Shown one piece after another: positions 1-12,430 of a DNA stretch of 64,000 bases; positions within the stretch are counted from its first letter, which is position 1, and every line of letters begins with the position of its first letter. Below the pieces are notes generated by a model that worked only from the letters and a program-made list of their open reading frames with translations, searched no databases and had not been told where the DNA came from. This stretch comes from Octopus vulgaris (lineage: Eukaryota): assembly GCA_951406725.2 (NCBI GenBank), contig OX597823.1, forward strand, positions 32,674,001 to 32,738,000, written 5' to 3'. The position numbers were made by a program, and so were the translations under genes.

Positions 1-433
1 CTCAAATGATAACCAACCTTTAAATGTATTTATTATTCATTTATTTTTCGTCCTTTTTATGTTAGCATGTGTTAGATGAATATATTATTGAGACATTGTT
101 TTATAGCCAGGTGCCTTTCCTATCACTAATCCTTACCTGTTTTTCATGCTGCGGATTTCTTACTTCACACATCTTAGAAGGCCCAGAGCAAATGGACAAT
201 TTGTTGATTGAGGAAGTGACAACAACACTGCTTGTAACAAGCAAGAATATAAAATATATATACATGCGCGCGCAAACACACACACACACACACACTGATC
301 TTCTTTCAGTTTCCTTCTCCACATTCACTCACAAGGTTTTAGTTGCCCTTGTGCTATGAAAACATTTAGCCAAGAGTTTGAACCTAAAATCATGTAGTTA
401 GGAAGCAAACTTCTCAACTGCACAACCTATATT

Positions 434-468
<35 letters not shown>

Positions 469-1692
469 TGCTATGCTAACCTACAGGTATATATGACAAC
501 TATTATTTTCTTCTATGTAAAGCTGTTGTATTGAGTTACTCTGAGTAAACAATATAAAATGTAGAAATAAGTCTCATCATGTGATGAGATCTCCTAAGAC
601 TGATAAGAATAAAGAGTAAAACAAAATTCTATTGATTTTTCAAAGACAGTTTGTTTGCCTGATTGTACTGATAATATATTTCTGTGGTGGATTGGTAAAC
701 GTTTCATTCTGTGACCATATCAGCGATTTCACTGAACCGAATAGTGTGTATGTGTGTGTAGAACTGTGCATATGTAGATGGAAGGGAGGAGAGAAACAAC
801 ACACACACAAATTCATAGACTGTGATGACACAATGATTTGTTAGGCTGCGATGACAGGATGGTTGTTTGTTTGTGATGACAGAATAGGTTGTTGGATTGT
901 GATGACAGAACAAGTTATGGGGTTTTGATGATGGAATGAGCTGTTTGATTGTGGTGAAAGTGAATCCAAAGATGCAGTCTTATTTCTTGTGATTAAATAA
1001 AATAAAACATTTTGTTATTCCAAGCAGATTAAATACATTTGACAGAATTTCTGTGGGGTTTTCTTTCTTTAATTTCTAAATACCCTGAAACCAGGCTAGT
1101 CTACTGGTCCTGTCAAATTGCAAGATTAGTGGCTGGATTTCTTTCTTTAATTTAATGTCAAATTAAATTGAAATAGTTTATTTTCTTAAGAAATATATTT
1201 AATTTGTGTCTCTCTTAGGAACTTTATTTAAAGTTATAATTATTTACATAAACATGTTACTTTCTAATAACATTAAATTCTCTTTAATTCATGGCCAGCA
1301 TGTTGAAATTAAGAAACTTTGGTTTATTCTATAGCTGACCTAGAACTCAGGAAGTGGGATGGTGTTAATATTCTCATCATTTAATTTTTCATTCTGGTGT
1401 GGGTTGGATAGGTGTGGCATACAGCATATCAATCACTATTTCTCTGGATATTCTACCAACTCTCTCTATGAGTCCCAGCATCCTAAGATTCAACATAGTT
1501 GCTCCTTTTTGTACCATAGCCCTAAGCCTGTCTTTCATGCACCATGTCAGCTGATAACTTACACCTTGCATTTATGTTATCATTACACATTCAACAAATT
1601 ATACTCACCTTTTTCCCTCCAACTCCACTGATTTGCCATATTCAATGTCCACACCACCATGTAGTGTTACACACCTTATATATACCTTAAAC

Positions 1693-1983
1693 CAATGTTT
1701 CTCAAACTATCTGATGTGGGGTGCCAGCAGTTTTTTTCCTAATGTGCCAAGGACCAGTAATATTTCTTAGTAATATTAATTTATACCGGAAACAATATAT
1801 ATAATTAATATAATAAAAGTTGACAATTTTAAAAATCTTTTATTTATTTTGTAAACAAATAATACAGCAGTATTACATAAGCATTTTATAATGTTTCTTT
1901 CTTTTCTGGAAGCTCACTGCATACTGGTAGCTGATGGCTTGCAACCGGCACCAGTCCACAGACCACCACTTTGAGTAGCACTG
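1693..1983. mobile_element. hAT-type MITE
   Basis: TIRs caatgtttctcaaa / tttgagtagcactg; 8-bp TSD ccttaaac (1685-1692) / ccttaaag (1984-1991). Confidence 0.8.
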
Positions 1984-3399
1984 CCTTAAAGAACACTGAA
2001 GTAATACAAATTGTTACATCTAGGGAACCATGTGAGCAGTTAATAAACCTTATTTTCTGGTTGCTCCTGCTGTTATTGTTTTTCATAGTGTAAGGAATAG
2101 ATAAATATTCATCTGTATGGTGTATACTATTTTAAAAAATCTCCAGTTAATAGGTACAGATGTAGCTTTGTGGTTAGGAAGATTGTTTCCCAACCACATG
2201 ATTTCAGGTTCAGTCTCACTGTGTGGTACCTTGGGCAAGTATCTTCTACTTCAGCACCAGGCCAGCCAATGACTTGTGAGTTGATTTTGTGGCTGGAAAT
2301 GAAAGACAGTTCCATACGTTTTCTTTCTCTTTTCATATCCTTACCAAAGCAAAAACATTGGAGTTTCAGGAAACTAGTGAAGGGGTATAGTGCCAAAAAT
2401 TAAATTTACCAAATGGAATATATTTGTTGCCATAGAAAGAGGAGACTCATAAAATTTTATAAGGGATTGTTTTACTATTTTGTAAACTTTATTTCTGTAA
2501 TTTAAATTAAAACTGACAAGTTAGGTTTTACAAAACGGAAATCAAAAACAAAACAAACATTTTATAATTAATGTAGTAATTTTAATTTTTTAATCTTCAA
2601 GAATTTTTGCAGACTTCTTATCTTTTCTTGGCTAGATGCTGAAATCTCAGTGAAACTGAGTTTTTATTGGTACCGGTAAGATGTAACAAAATAACTACAA
2701 TAAGCAATAATTTCAATTGATTCTTGTAAAATGAAGGAATTGCCAAATGTGATAGAATTATTCATTCTGCTAAAACTGGCATCGGAGCAGTTATGTTGTT
2801 ATATGGCCTTAGGTAAACTCTGATTGATCAGACCTTATGATCAAAGGCATCCCAACCATAACCATCATTTAATCTTTTGGGGTTTTTTGTCAAGCAAGAT
2901 ATTTTAGGCTTCCTGGAGTTTGGTCTGATTTGATGTACATTTGACTGCTGATTCTAGCCAGCTGAACTGCCATATGATGTCTCCCCCTGTTCATCCTATT
3001 CATTTATTGTCATAACAGCTTAAATATATATTTTATTTAAAGATTTTATTTTGAAAAATTGCATTAATGTAATTTTTTACATTTTTTTCATTCTAGGTAA
3101 GTGAAACAGAAAAAACGGATTTTATTTTTACACATGGAAAAGGATATTATGTTTGTTTGTTTTTTCCATTTTAATATTGGAAAACCATTCTGCTGTTATA
3201 AGAGAAGACTACAAGTGTCATCTTATGAACAAGGTATTTCTCATAAATATGTATTTAGTAATTTGTTATCCATAAAGTACAGAATTAATTGTGAGGATTT
3301 CTTCTCCATTCCTAAAATAATTTACTTTTTAAAAAGATTTATAAACAGAAAAGGTTTAAGAAAATGTCTTATTTTGAAATATTAACAGAACATAATAAT

Positions 3400-3720
3400 A
3401 CTAGAAATATAGCTCCAGAGATTGGAGTCTCTCCAAGTTGAGCTGCTACTTCTCCGCATTGAGAGGTCACAGCTCTGGTACTACAGACTTGTGGCTAGAA
3501 TATCACAGGCAAGATTTACAAGACAGATTCTTCAAGCTGAGCCAGCTGGCAGGAGACCTAGGGGTAGAGTAAGAATAAGATAGTTGGATAATATCCATAG
3601 TCTCAGATGGTCACACTTGAGAATCCAATTGGATAGTGTTGCTTCTGACGGGACCCTATGGAGGACTCTACTCCAACAATCCACCTAGGAATAATAAGGT
3701 GGATGGAGGGATGGAACATT
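3400..3720 (+). mobile_element. Degraded 3' end of an RTE-clade LINE
   Basis: Broken translation RIERSQLWYY...GRRPRGR...LDNI resembles the RTE ORF C-terminus (LRWFGHV...RPRGRP..RW.D). Confidence 0.5.
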
Positions 3721-4395
3721 TTGAGGTTTCATTTAGTTTTTCCATGATTTTTCTTTTCACATCACCATCTCACATTACCAGTCATTCTTTGCTATTAAGT
3801 TCTTCTTATTTTCTCATATTTCACCAAATAATATAAACACAATTTGTCGATTTAATCTGTTTAAACAATGAAAGTACACATTTCCTTCCTGTCATAAATC
3901 TACTTGGTTGACAAAGTAAAATACAAATTTAGTGATGCTTGAATTCAGTGTCTGTGGTCAGAAGTAAATTATTGTATTTCCGTTAAATTTGCTAAAATCC
4001 CTTCCGCTTTGCTGTCCTTTCATTTTCTGACCCTCTGAGCTCCTCAAGTCATATTTTAATCTGACATATTCTATATATTCAATTATTTCAATTTTAATAG
4101 TTTAATTCTTAGTTTATTCCCACAATGTCTGTGAGGCTAAACTGTGTAGTCATAAGTTCCAACCTGAGCACTGCAGATATTTGTTTTCCATGTCCTGAAC
4201 AAAGTGCATTAATTCTTCTTACCCACTCTTACTGACTGATGTGCAGGTTCCACTTCTATTTCCTAAGTCACAATTGCCTAGGTAACAGTTAGCAGCAGAT
4301 CCATCAGTAAACATCAATACTCCTATAACATGTAAATGCTCAAATCTCTGAAACCCATTTCATATACATTCAATTGTAAAACTGATTACATGATT

Positions 4396-4623
4396 AACCC
4401 TTTTGATACCAACCCACGTGAGACCACCCCTCCTGGTTCTATGATACAAACTTCTTCCTTCAAAGTGATCTAAATTAACACCTTCCATCAAAATTTCATA
4501 TTAATTTATGTTCCAAATATTAGCTTAAAAATGACAGTAATTTTATTAATTTCTTCATTACTTTCAAAATTGATTTAAACAAAGGCAGTGTATTTTAACA
4601 GAAATATGGCAACAAAAGGTTTG
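4396..4623. mobile_element. piggyBac-type MITE (about 225 bp); related copies near 23260-23360, 26510-26703, 52740-52956, 52966-53160
   Basis: Begins ttaa-cccttttgatacc and ends ggcaacaaaaggtt; other copies end aaaaggttaa/agagttaa. Shared interior aaagtgatctaaattaa...aattgaaacaaaggcagtgtattt. Confidence 0.7.
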
Positions 4624-4929
4624 ATAAGATAGGTGAGTGTTGTATATGTTGTACACCTGACACTATTATAGTATTATGTATGTGATTGACAGAGGCAAAT
4701 TCACTGCTCTAATATTACTTTAGCAGAGATGGTAAGGATTTTTATTACTGGCTAATCACGCCAATCACTGAACCAATCTGAATGTCAGAATTTGCACAAC
4801 TTTGAAACCTTATTAGCATAGGACAGGTTCATGGTTTTATTTTTGTTCTACCTCACCATGTAATAATAATTATAATAATAATTGTAGTAGACTGACTAAG
4901 AATTTAGGTTACCTGAATAGATATCAGTT

Positions 4930-5400
4930 GTGAAAAATCATGTTGAAAAGATTTTTGATGGATGTTGCAGTCCCAGCTGAACAAAGTACATCTCTGAAAA
5001 TGTTTAAGAAATTGAGCAAATACAAGGACTTGGAAATAAAAATCAGAAGAATGTGGCATCACGAAGCAACAATATTAAGTATTGTTATTGGAGCACTTGG
5101 AATGATAACAAAAGGAGCAAACAAATATGTTGACCAAATTCCTGGCTGCTCCAAAATAATTGCAAAAGATCATACTTGTGGATCCATTGCATATTTTACA
5201 TAAATTCCTCTCCATGTAAATGCAATCTTACTCATTTAGCGTTATAAATTTTATGAAGAATTTTTTAACACAAGCATCAGTTTCTCAATCACTTGGTACC
5301 TCACCTGTTTGCATCTTTAGGTGCAAAACTTGTTGTCTTTGATGCCTTCAGTTGAGACTTTGGTGCAATTTGTATAAATTAAAGCAAAGGCAAAACAATT
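4930..5400 (+). mobile_element. Relic 3' end of an RLE-type (R4/Dong-like) non-LTR retrotransposon
   Basis: ORF 4940..5203 DVAVP...KLSKYKDLEIKIRRMW...IVIGALG matches the restriction-like endonuclease C-terminus (D..VP...K..KY..L...W...P.V.GALG). Confidence 0.75.
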
Positions 5401-7980
5401 ACATTCACTTAGAATTAGTTATATTATTAGTCAAGTTCAATCATGTTTATTTTGTTTTGGAAAGTATAGAATATAAAAGCTTTCATTTTTATATTAATAA
5501 CTATGGAAGATTGGTGGAGATATTATCTGTAAGGGCTAGGTTACTATTTAGATAATTTAGGAGTTAGTTATAGGTTTACTTATTGAATTATTAATTTACC
5601 GATACTGTTTTTGTACATAGGTTAAATGTGGTTTCTTTGTTGTAGTTTAATTAATAATGTTAGTGTTTAATCCTTCCTAGAATTAAGATTGAATGAATGT
5701 GGTGATATCTAAGGTGTGTTTGTTCCTAAACAGCACTTATTTTAGTGCTGTTGACACCACCGGATTGAATGGTACTTCCCAGGTGTCGAAACCATAGTGA
5801 TATCTGTCGGGCAGCTGATGATGGAGGTGTGTTGGATTGTTGGTATGGCTGTTATTGTATACGCGGAATAGTTTTATAAGACATCCATTTGATGATGATA
5901 ATAATAATAATGTTCACGATGATTATGATGATAAGTTTTAACATCTGTTGATCTGTATGTCAGTTCAACTGCTGAAATACTATCGTTGCTGGATCAAATA
6001 CAAATTAAACCTACACTAAATTTTATATAAAATCACATATAATAATAATAATAAGTAGTTATCTGAGAAAATAGCTATTTTGCATACACTACAGTGATTT
6101 TTAGGATCAATATCTCTCTCATTCTCTCTTACTATTTAAAAAACACTTTACCAAACCTCTTCCATCCTCTTCCTTGTTATTGTTGTCAGTAGTTAGTATT
6201 TATCTATTTAAAAGTTTATTAAATGAGACTCAAGTGAAACTTTTTGTTCCAACCTTTTTAGCTATAAAATTAGTTGAATTCCATTCCATGACATTCATTC
6301 ACCATTTTTCAGTTGTTTCTTTTCTTGTATGTTTTTGATTTACTTATTGAATCTACTTAACTGTTGTTTAAGGATTTCTATTTGTGTTATACAAATGTCG
6401 CTGTGTGTGTATGTGTACATGCAGTAGTATGTTTGAGTATGGTTGTGGCTGTATGTGTATCTAGCTGTAACAGTATTTATGTGTGTGACTGTGGTTCTAT
6501 AAATATAACAGTTTGTATGTGGTTGCAGCTGTGTGTGTGTGTAGGGTTGTGATTGTGTATGTTTGTAGATGTAGCAGTATGACTCTGTGTGTGTATGTGT
6601 AGAACTGTGGATACCTGTGTGTATTGTACTCATTTTAATGTTTCATTATGTTTTGTGTTTAGTTTGTAGTAAAATATAATGGTGGGTATTAAGGAATGGT
6701 GAGTCGTAGGGTAGATTTATTTTAACCTGCTTTCCATTGTAGAAATAAGGAGAGGTGGTTCTTTATTATTGTTTTATGTTGTTTTGTTTTTCAAATGTTG
6801 AATCAAGACTATAATTCCAAGAAGTTAACAATAGCATTAACATCACCATTTTGTTATTTTTTTTCTTCTTCAGGTAACTTATTGATATTTAAATTTTTTT
6901 GGAGTGGAGGAATTCTTGTTGTTCATTCTGTTTGAGGGAAAACAGTAGATTCTTGTCTGTAAGGGTTTATCAATGGACATGATTGGTTATTTAAACGTAT
7001 TAGTTGTGTAGTTAAGATTGCTTGGCATATGATGGCCTTGCAGTTAATGTATTGTAGTGACCACATGGTTGCTATGTGGTTAAGATACTTGACTAGATGT
7101 TGGCAGTGTGTGGTACTACTGACCACATGGTATATCTATGGTTAAAGTACTCTACCATTGACAACATGATGATGGTTGGATTATAGTACAGTAATACTGA
7201 ACAGAGGATCATCAGTTCACATTCACCACTATTGAAGTCGGCTTTACAATAGTTGAGGTAATGGATTTTTGACCACTTGATCACCAATTCAGAACCTTAC
7301 TGTAGTTAAGGTGTTGCATTATTGACCACATGGTCGTAAGTTGATGCCTTAATACAATAGTGTGAGTTGGATGGGTTTCCACTTCACCAGTGCATTCCTG
7401 CATATTGGTATGGGTTAGACTATACCTCAACACACCATTCAACACTGGCATAGATTTGATTGGTCTGTATGTCATCAGTACACCATTCTCTGCTGGCATG
7501 GTTGGATAGATCTCTCATCAGTACATTGTTCTTTTCTGGTATGGGTTGGATAAGTCTGCCTTTCATCAGCACATTCTCCATAATAACCTGTACATCTATT
7601 ATATCTGAAATGTTCTTTCTAAGTACTTTCTGCATCTTTTGCTTACACTGTGTACATTGTATTGAGTTCCTGTGTCCTCTCCTCTCATGTGTGTGGGCTG
7701 TTGACTCTGATGATGTATAAGAGAGATTGACTGTGATGGGCTGGGGTCATGTACTCTATTGGAAATGTGTATTTTGGTCTCTAACTGCTGCATGTACTTT
7801 CTTTATACCCAATAACATACATACACTTTCACCTACATATGCACACACATTATATTCACTGATGTATAAATATAATCCTTATATTTACTGAGACAACAAA
7901 TGAGACTACAATTTAAAAACAGGATAGAGATAGAGGATTACAAGTTTTTCTTCACATATTTATACAAGTTTTTTACATAT

Positions 7981-8500
7981 AAAATTACTATTTCTAAATC
8001 TCACAACAAGAGATATTCAGCAACAATACTTTGGAGTAAAGATTGTTTGCCAACATAACATGGCAGTCCTGGTTTTGGACGAATGTTGCTATAATTTAGC
8101 CCCAGGAGACATCGTCACCAGCTGGCTATACGACACGATCTTTGTACTTATATTTTTAAACAAGGGAAACTAGCACCCCCACCCAGCTCAAAACAATATC
8201 TAATTTATAGATCAGTGACTAGTTGTCACCTTGGAAACTATATATTTCGAATGGGAATTTGGCAGCGTCACCTCTAGCTGAACAATTATTCTGTGCTGAT
8301 GAAAGGAAATAACCCAGAAATTGTGATACACAGATATTGTTTTGAGCAGAGTTAGGGTGCTAGATTCCCTTGTTTGAAAATACAAGGACACTGATCATGT
8401 CATATAGCCAGCTGGACACGATTTCTCCTGGGGCTAAATTACAGCAACATTCGTTCTAAACCAGGACTGCCATGTTATGTTGGCAAACAATCTTTACTCC
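7981..8500 (+). mobile_element. Penelope-type insertion (family P1): inverted 3' copy plus truncated sense copy carrying a hammerhead
   Basis: Arms of about 170 bp (8030-8200 vs 8332-8502) are inverted, with an extra ~50-nt tail only on the left arm. Hammerhead at 8290-8334. Degenerate 17-bp TSD caagttttttacatata / caagtttgttacttgta. Confidence 0.75.
8290..8334 (+). ncRNA. Minimal type I hammerhead ribozyme motif
   Basis: TCTGTG-CTGATGA-aaggaaataaccca-GAAA-ttgtgata-CACAGA: stem I, intact core, weak stem II, near-palindromic stem III. Confidence 0.65.
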
Positions 8501-11225
8501 AAGTTTGTTACTTGTAGTAATAGTTTATATATCTTCATTGCTATTGTCAATGATCTAATGCTTACTTTTCCATGCTTGCATGGGTGGGATGGAGCTTCTA
8601 TGGTCTGATGTCCTTCCTGTTACCAACTCATTCCTGTTTACAAGCAAGGTAATATTTCTGCATAACTAGACTTCATTTTACAGAGAATGGGAAACAAACA
8701 ACACTGCTTGTATGATAATGTCGATCATTTACAACTATCATGTGACATCACAAGACAAAGGGATACACCTCCCCACCAACATTGTGTGTACAGGTTTGGT
8801 TGTGTGGTAAGAAGATTGTTTCCCAACCTCATGGTTCTGGGTTCAGTCGCATCACGTGGCACCTTGGGCAAGCATCTTCTACTTTAGCCTCCAATCAACC
8901 AAAACCTTATGTGTGGATTTGGTAGACAGAAACTGAAAGAACTCCATTGTGTGTGTTCGCGTGTGTGCGTTTGTCCTTGTTTTGACATTGCATAGTAGTT
9001 GTAAAATGGTTGCCGCTGTCATACAGGCAGTATCATTCATTTCCAATATTCTGCAAGAACATGTCTAGTCATTAGGAAATGTTACCTTGCTTGGAAACAG
9101 GTGGTAATAGGAAGGGCCGCTGGACATAGAAAATCTGCCTCAATAAACTCTGTCCAACCCATGCAAGCATCAAAAGGTGAATGGTAAAATGATGATGATC
9201 AGGTGTGGTCCCAGGAATTTTTCAAAGGGAGGACACAAGGTCAGAAGGGAATACATTTCCAAGAGAAAAGGATGTAATAACATTATTTAGAAGGGCACAC
9301 TTCTTTTCTTGAGGTTGGGGGGAAGGGGTCACGTGCCCCTCAGCACCCTACCCCTTGGGTCTGCCCATGATATATTTACACTGAGATACGATGGGCTTCT
9401 CTTAGATTCTGCTTACCAAATCTACTCAATAGCCTTTGCTTGATGCCTGGGATTGTAGAAGATGACTCATAAGGTGCCATGCGGTGGAACTGAAGCCCAA
9501 ACCCCACATGGTTGGGTATTGAGTAGGTAGGAAGATAGGTAGTAAGGAAGGTAGGTAGGTTGGTAGTTAGGTAGGTAGGTTGGTAGGTAGAGGATAAGAG
9601 AAAAGGTGAGTATGCTGTATTGTTATAGATTATGAAATATTCTATCTTGTTTGCTGATGATCAGTGACTCACTAAATCTAACCATTATTTCCAATGATCG
9701 TGTTGAACATGAATGGATTACCCTAAGGTCAAGGTCACCTTTCAGTCATAGATTCCTTATTGGCAGTACATTAGAAAAACATCACAGAACTAAGAATGAT
9801 ACCTTCCTTTTTTTCTTTGGTGTATGTATGTGTGTGTGTGGTAAAACACTGCTTTTGTACTGGAAAAGATCATGTAATGTCATAAACTTTCAGGGTTAAT
9901 GGCAAGGAGTTTCCTTAATTGATCCAACATTTAAATTTGCCAACCAATCAACAAACCAACCAACCAACCAGCCAGCCAACCAGAGAATTCTGAGTGTTGT
10001 TGAATGTAAACACCTGAGAAGATAGGTTACCTTAATTATTGAATAAGGTGTGATTTAATGAAAAGGGAATTATGGTTTAGAAGATTAGAAAGCAAACTGT
10101 AAATGCTGTTGGAGTTAGTTAGGATTGTGGGAATGTGTTGTACATGTGTAATGGTTATAGAAGATACAAATGTTGAAATTTATAAATATTATCTTTTCAG
10201 TAAACACCCAGAAAATACATTTCAATGTTGACCAAGAAAATTATGTTTGAAGAGCTTCATAGAACTAGTGGCAAAGATCAATTACTTAGTTGAGAGCTCC
10301 TATACATTATATTCCAATTATTAAGTACCAATTAGTAGCAATGGCTCAGTAGACAGTAGTAAAAGCAATAAGTGGTTGGTTAATGATCTATATTAATGAG
10401 TTCTAGTTTCACTTAGTCTTTTGTGTATCTCATCTGTGGCAACCATATTGTTTGCATATGAGAGGTGCTTTTGGACTTCCACTAGAGTTTTCTTAGGTTT
10501 CTTCCTAACCAGCATGGATACAGGTGAACCAATGAGGAAGGCAATATGTGGTCAATGCCCCTTCTAGAAATAATAATGAGTTATACTAATATAAACAGGA
10601 TATTTTATGATACATGACTTCAGGTTCAATCTCACTGTATGGCTCTTTTTACAAGTATCTTTTACTATGGGCCTGGTCTCATGAATGGATTTCATAGCAG
10701 AAACTGAAAGAAGCCCATTATGTGTGTGGGTTTGTATCTCCTTGTCTTGACATTTCTTGATAGTCATAAATGGATATAATCTTCATACAGGTGGTGTCAT
10801 TTGTTTGCAATGTTTTGAGAAAACATGTCTGGTCATGGGAAAATATTGCCTTATTTGGAAACAGATGGCAGTATCCAATCATAGAATGAACTCATCTATT
10901 CCTAGATGTGGGTATCCAGTCATACAAAATCTATCTCAACAAATTTCCTCTGACATCTGCAAGCATGTAAAAATAAAGGCTTAAATGATTATGAAGATGT
11001 TGGGGATGATGATGATACTTATTGTAGCTCTCTGTTTTAAAGCAGAGGACACCAGACATGTCTAAATTATAATACTTATATGGGAGAAGTAATTATCTTT
11101 ATGGCTAATACTGATTTAATCTAATATTGGCAAATATGGTCAAATGCTTTAACATGTTCCACTCTTATTACACTTCATTTTCAAACAATAGCCATCTCTG
11201 CATTTGCTATATTAGCACTTCAATT

Positions 11226-11433
11226 AAGGTGGCGAGCTGGCAGGAATGTTAGCACGCTGGGTGAAATGCTTAGCAGTATTTCATGTCTTTACGTTTTGAG
11301 TTCAAATTCCACTGAGGTCTTTGCCTTTCATCCTTTCAGGGTCGATAAATTAAGTACCAGTTGATTACTGGGATCGATCTAATCGACTGGCCCCTACTCA
11401 AAAATTTTGGGCCTTGTGCCTAGAGTAGAAAAA
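11226..11433 (+). mobile_element. tRNA-derived SINE family B (other copies: 20598-20797 minus, 34731-34813 plus, 51659-51888 plus)
   Basis: Head ggcgagctggcagaa..gttagc, B-box gagttcaaattcc, shared central block ctttgcctttcatcctttcggggtcgataaattaagtaccag. Confidence 0.85.
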
Positions 11434-12043
11434 TATATTAGCAGCTCAAATGCTAGGCATGTCCTTTTTCCTCAAAAATATGCATTCTAAGAGATACTGT
11501 GTTTATGATATTGGCCTAAATCCTTTAGCATCAAGCTATCTTGAAAGATAATTCCAAATAATCCAAAAAACGAACAAAAAAGAAACATAAGTATATATAT
11601 TTAGTTAGATGACTTACAGAGACCATTTCTTCAAATCATCAAACATTCCAAACAACAAAACTTTTCTAGAATGCAAGGTTAAAATACATTGAATTATTCT
11701 TGAAAATTGTGAAAATTAAAAAGAAAATGTAATGAATTTTCTTAATCAGTTTTAGATGACTTGGAAAGATGTCATTTACTTATTCAGCTGATTTGCATTT
11801 GCACAAATGTGCATTTTACTGCTGAACAGTGAACAATGTGTATATGCAGCAACAGTTTGCATCAAGATTAAAGACATCAGCCCCTGCATCTCCTTCACAT
11901 TACAAGGAGTTATATAATTCAAAGAGGTAGTTCTTGTCTTTTTCAATCCATCCATGATATATATATATTCTACTTGATTTTACTTTCCTGGGTATATATT
12001 CAAATGTGTCTATGAGTCCATGTGTATACACAGACACAGTCGT

Positions 12044-12430
12044 GGGGCCACGTGGCCTAGTTGTTAGGGTGTTGCATATATTGCAAGATTGTGGTTTCAA
12101 TTCCTGCAGCAGGTGGTGCATTGTGTTCTTGAGCAAAACACTTCATCTTGCATTGCTCTGCGATCACTTCAGCACCTGATGCATGGTACACCGTGCACCT
12201 GTCCAGGCAATGTCACTTTGATGGAGGGACAATAAGTGGTTGGTTAATGATCTATATTAATGAGTTCTAGTTTCACTTAGTCTTTTGTGTATCTCATCTG
12301 TGGCAACCATATTGTTTGCATATGAGAGGTGCTTGACAGAGCTAATGTGTGGCACTTACATTTGATCACTATAAATAAATCATTTGTGCAGGTCATTCGA
12401 CAAAAAAGCTGGACCCTCATATGAGAGTCC
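12044..12430 (+). mobile_element. tRNA-derived SINE family C, interrupted by a 105-bp insertion (12230-12334)
   Basis: A-box tggcctagttg, B-box ggtttcaattcc, CORE-like tgtgttcttgagcaaaacactt. Confidence 0.7.

Noticed and set aside
69-359. 96-aa ORF with possible exon 107-240 (QVPFLSLILTCF...), and a minus-strand donor CAG|gtaagg near 137
   Set aside because: No recognisable protein family, only a weak GC-type donor on +, no partner exons, and the ORF runs into a (CA)n tract and a SINE.
3101-3385. ORF suggesting a coding exon after the strong acceptor at 3096
   Set aside because: All three frames from the acceptor meet stops. Kept only as a recursive or non-coding exon candidate.
5745-5805. 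ctgttgacacc...ggtgtcgaaacc hammerhead-like motif
   Set aside because: The core is incomplete and stems I and III cannot be drawn convincingly.
7420-7600. Regularly recurring ~43-bp units (also 820-960, 12820-13140, 28190-28600, 29810-30240, 60420-60620) resembling spaced arrays
   Set aside because: Degenerate tandem repeats without unique spacers or cas genes in animal DNA; not CRISPR.
10201-10325. Acceptor-like tcttttcag followed by exon-like sequence
   Set aside because: Stops in all three frames, weak donor, no similarity to DGK-theta.
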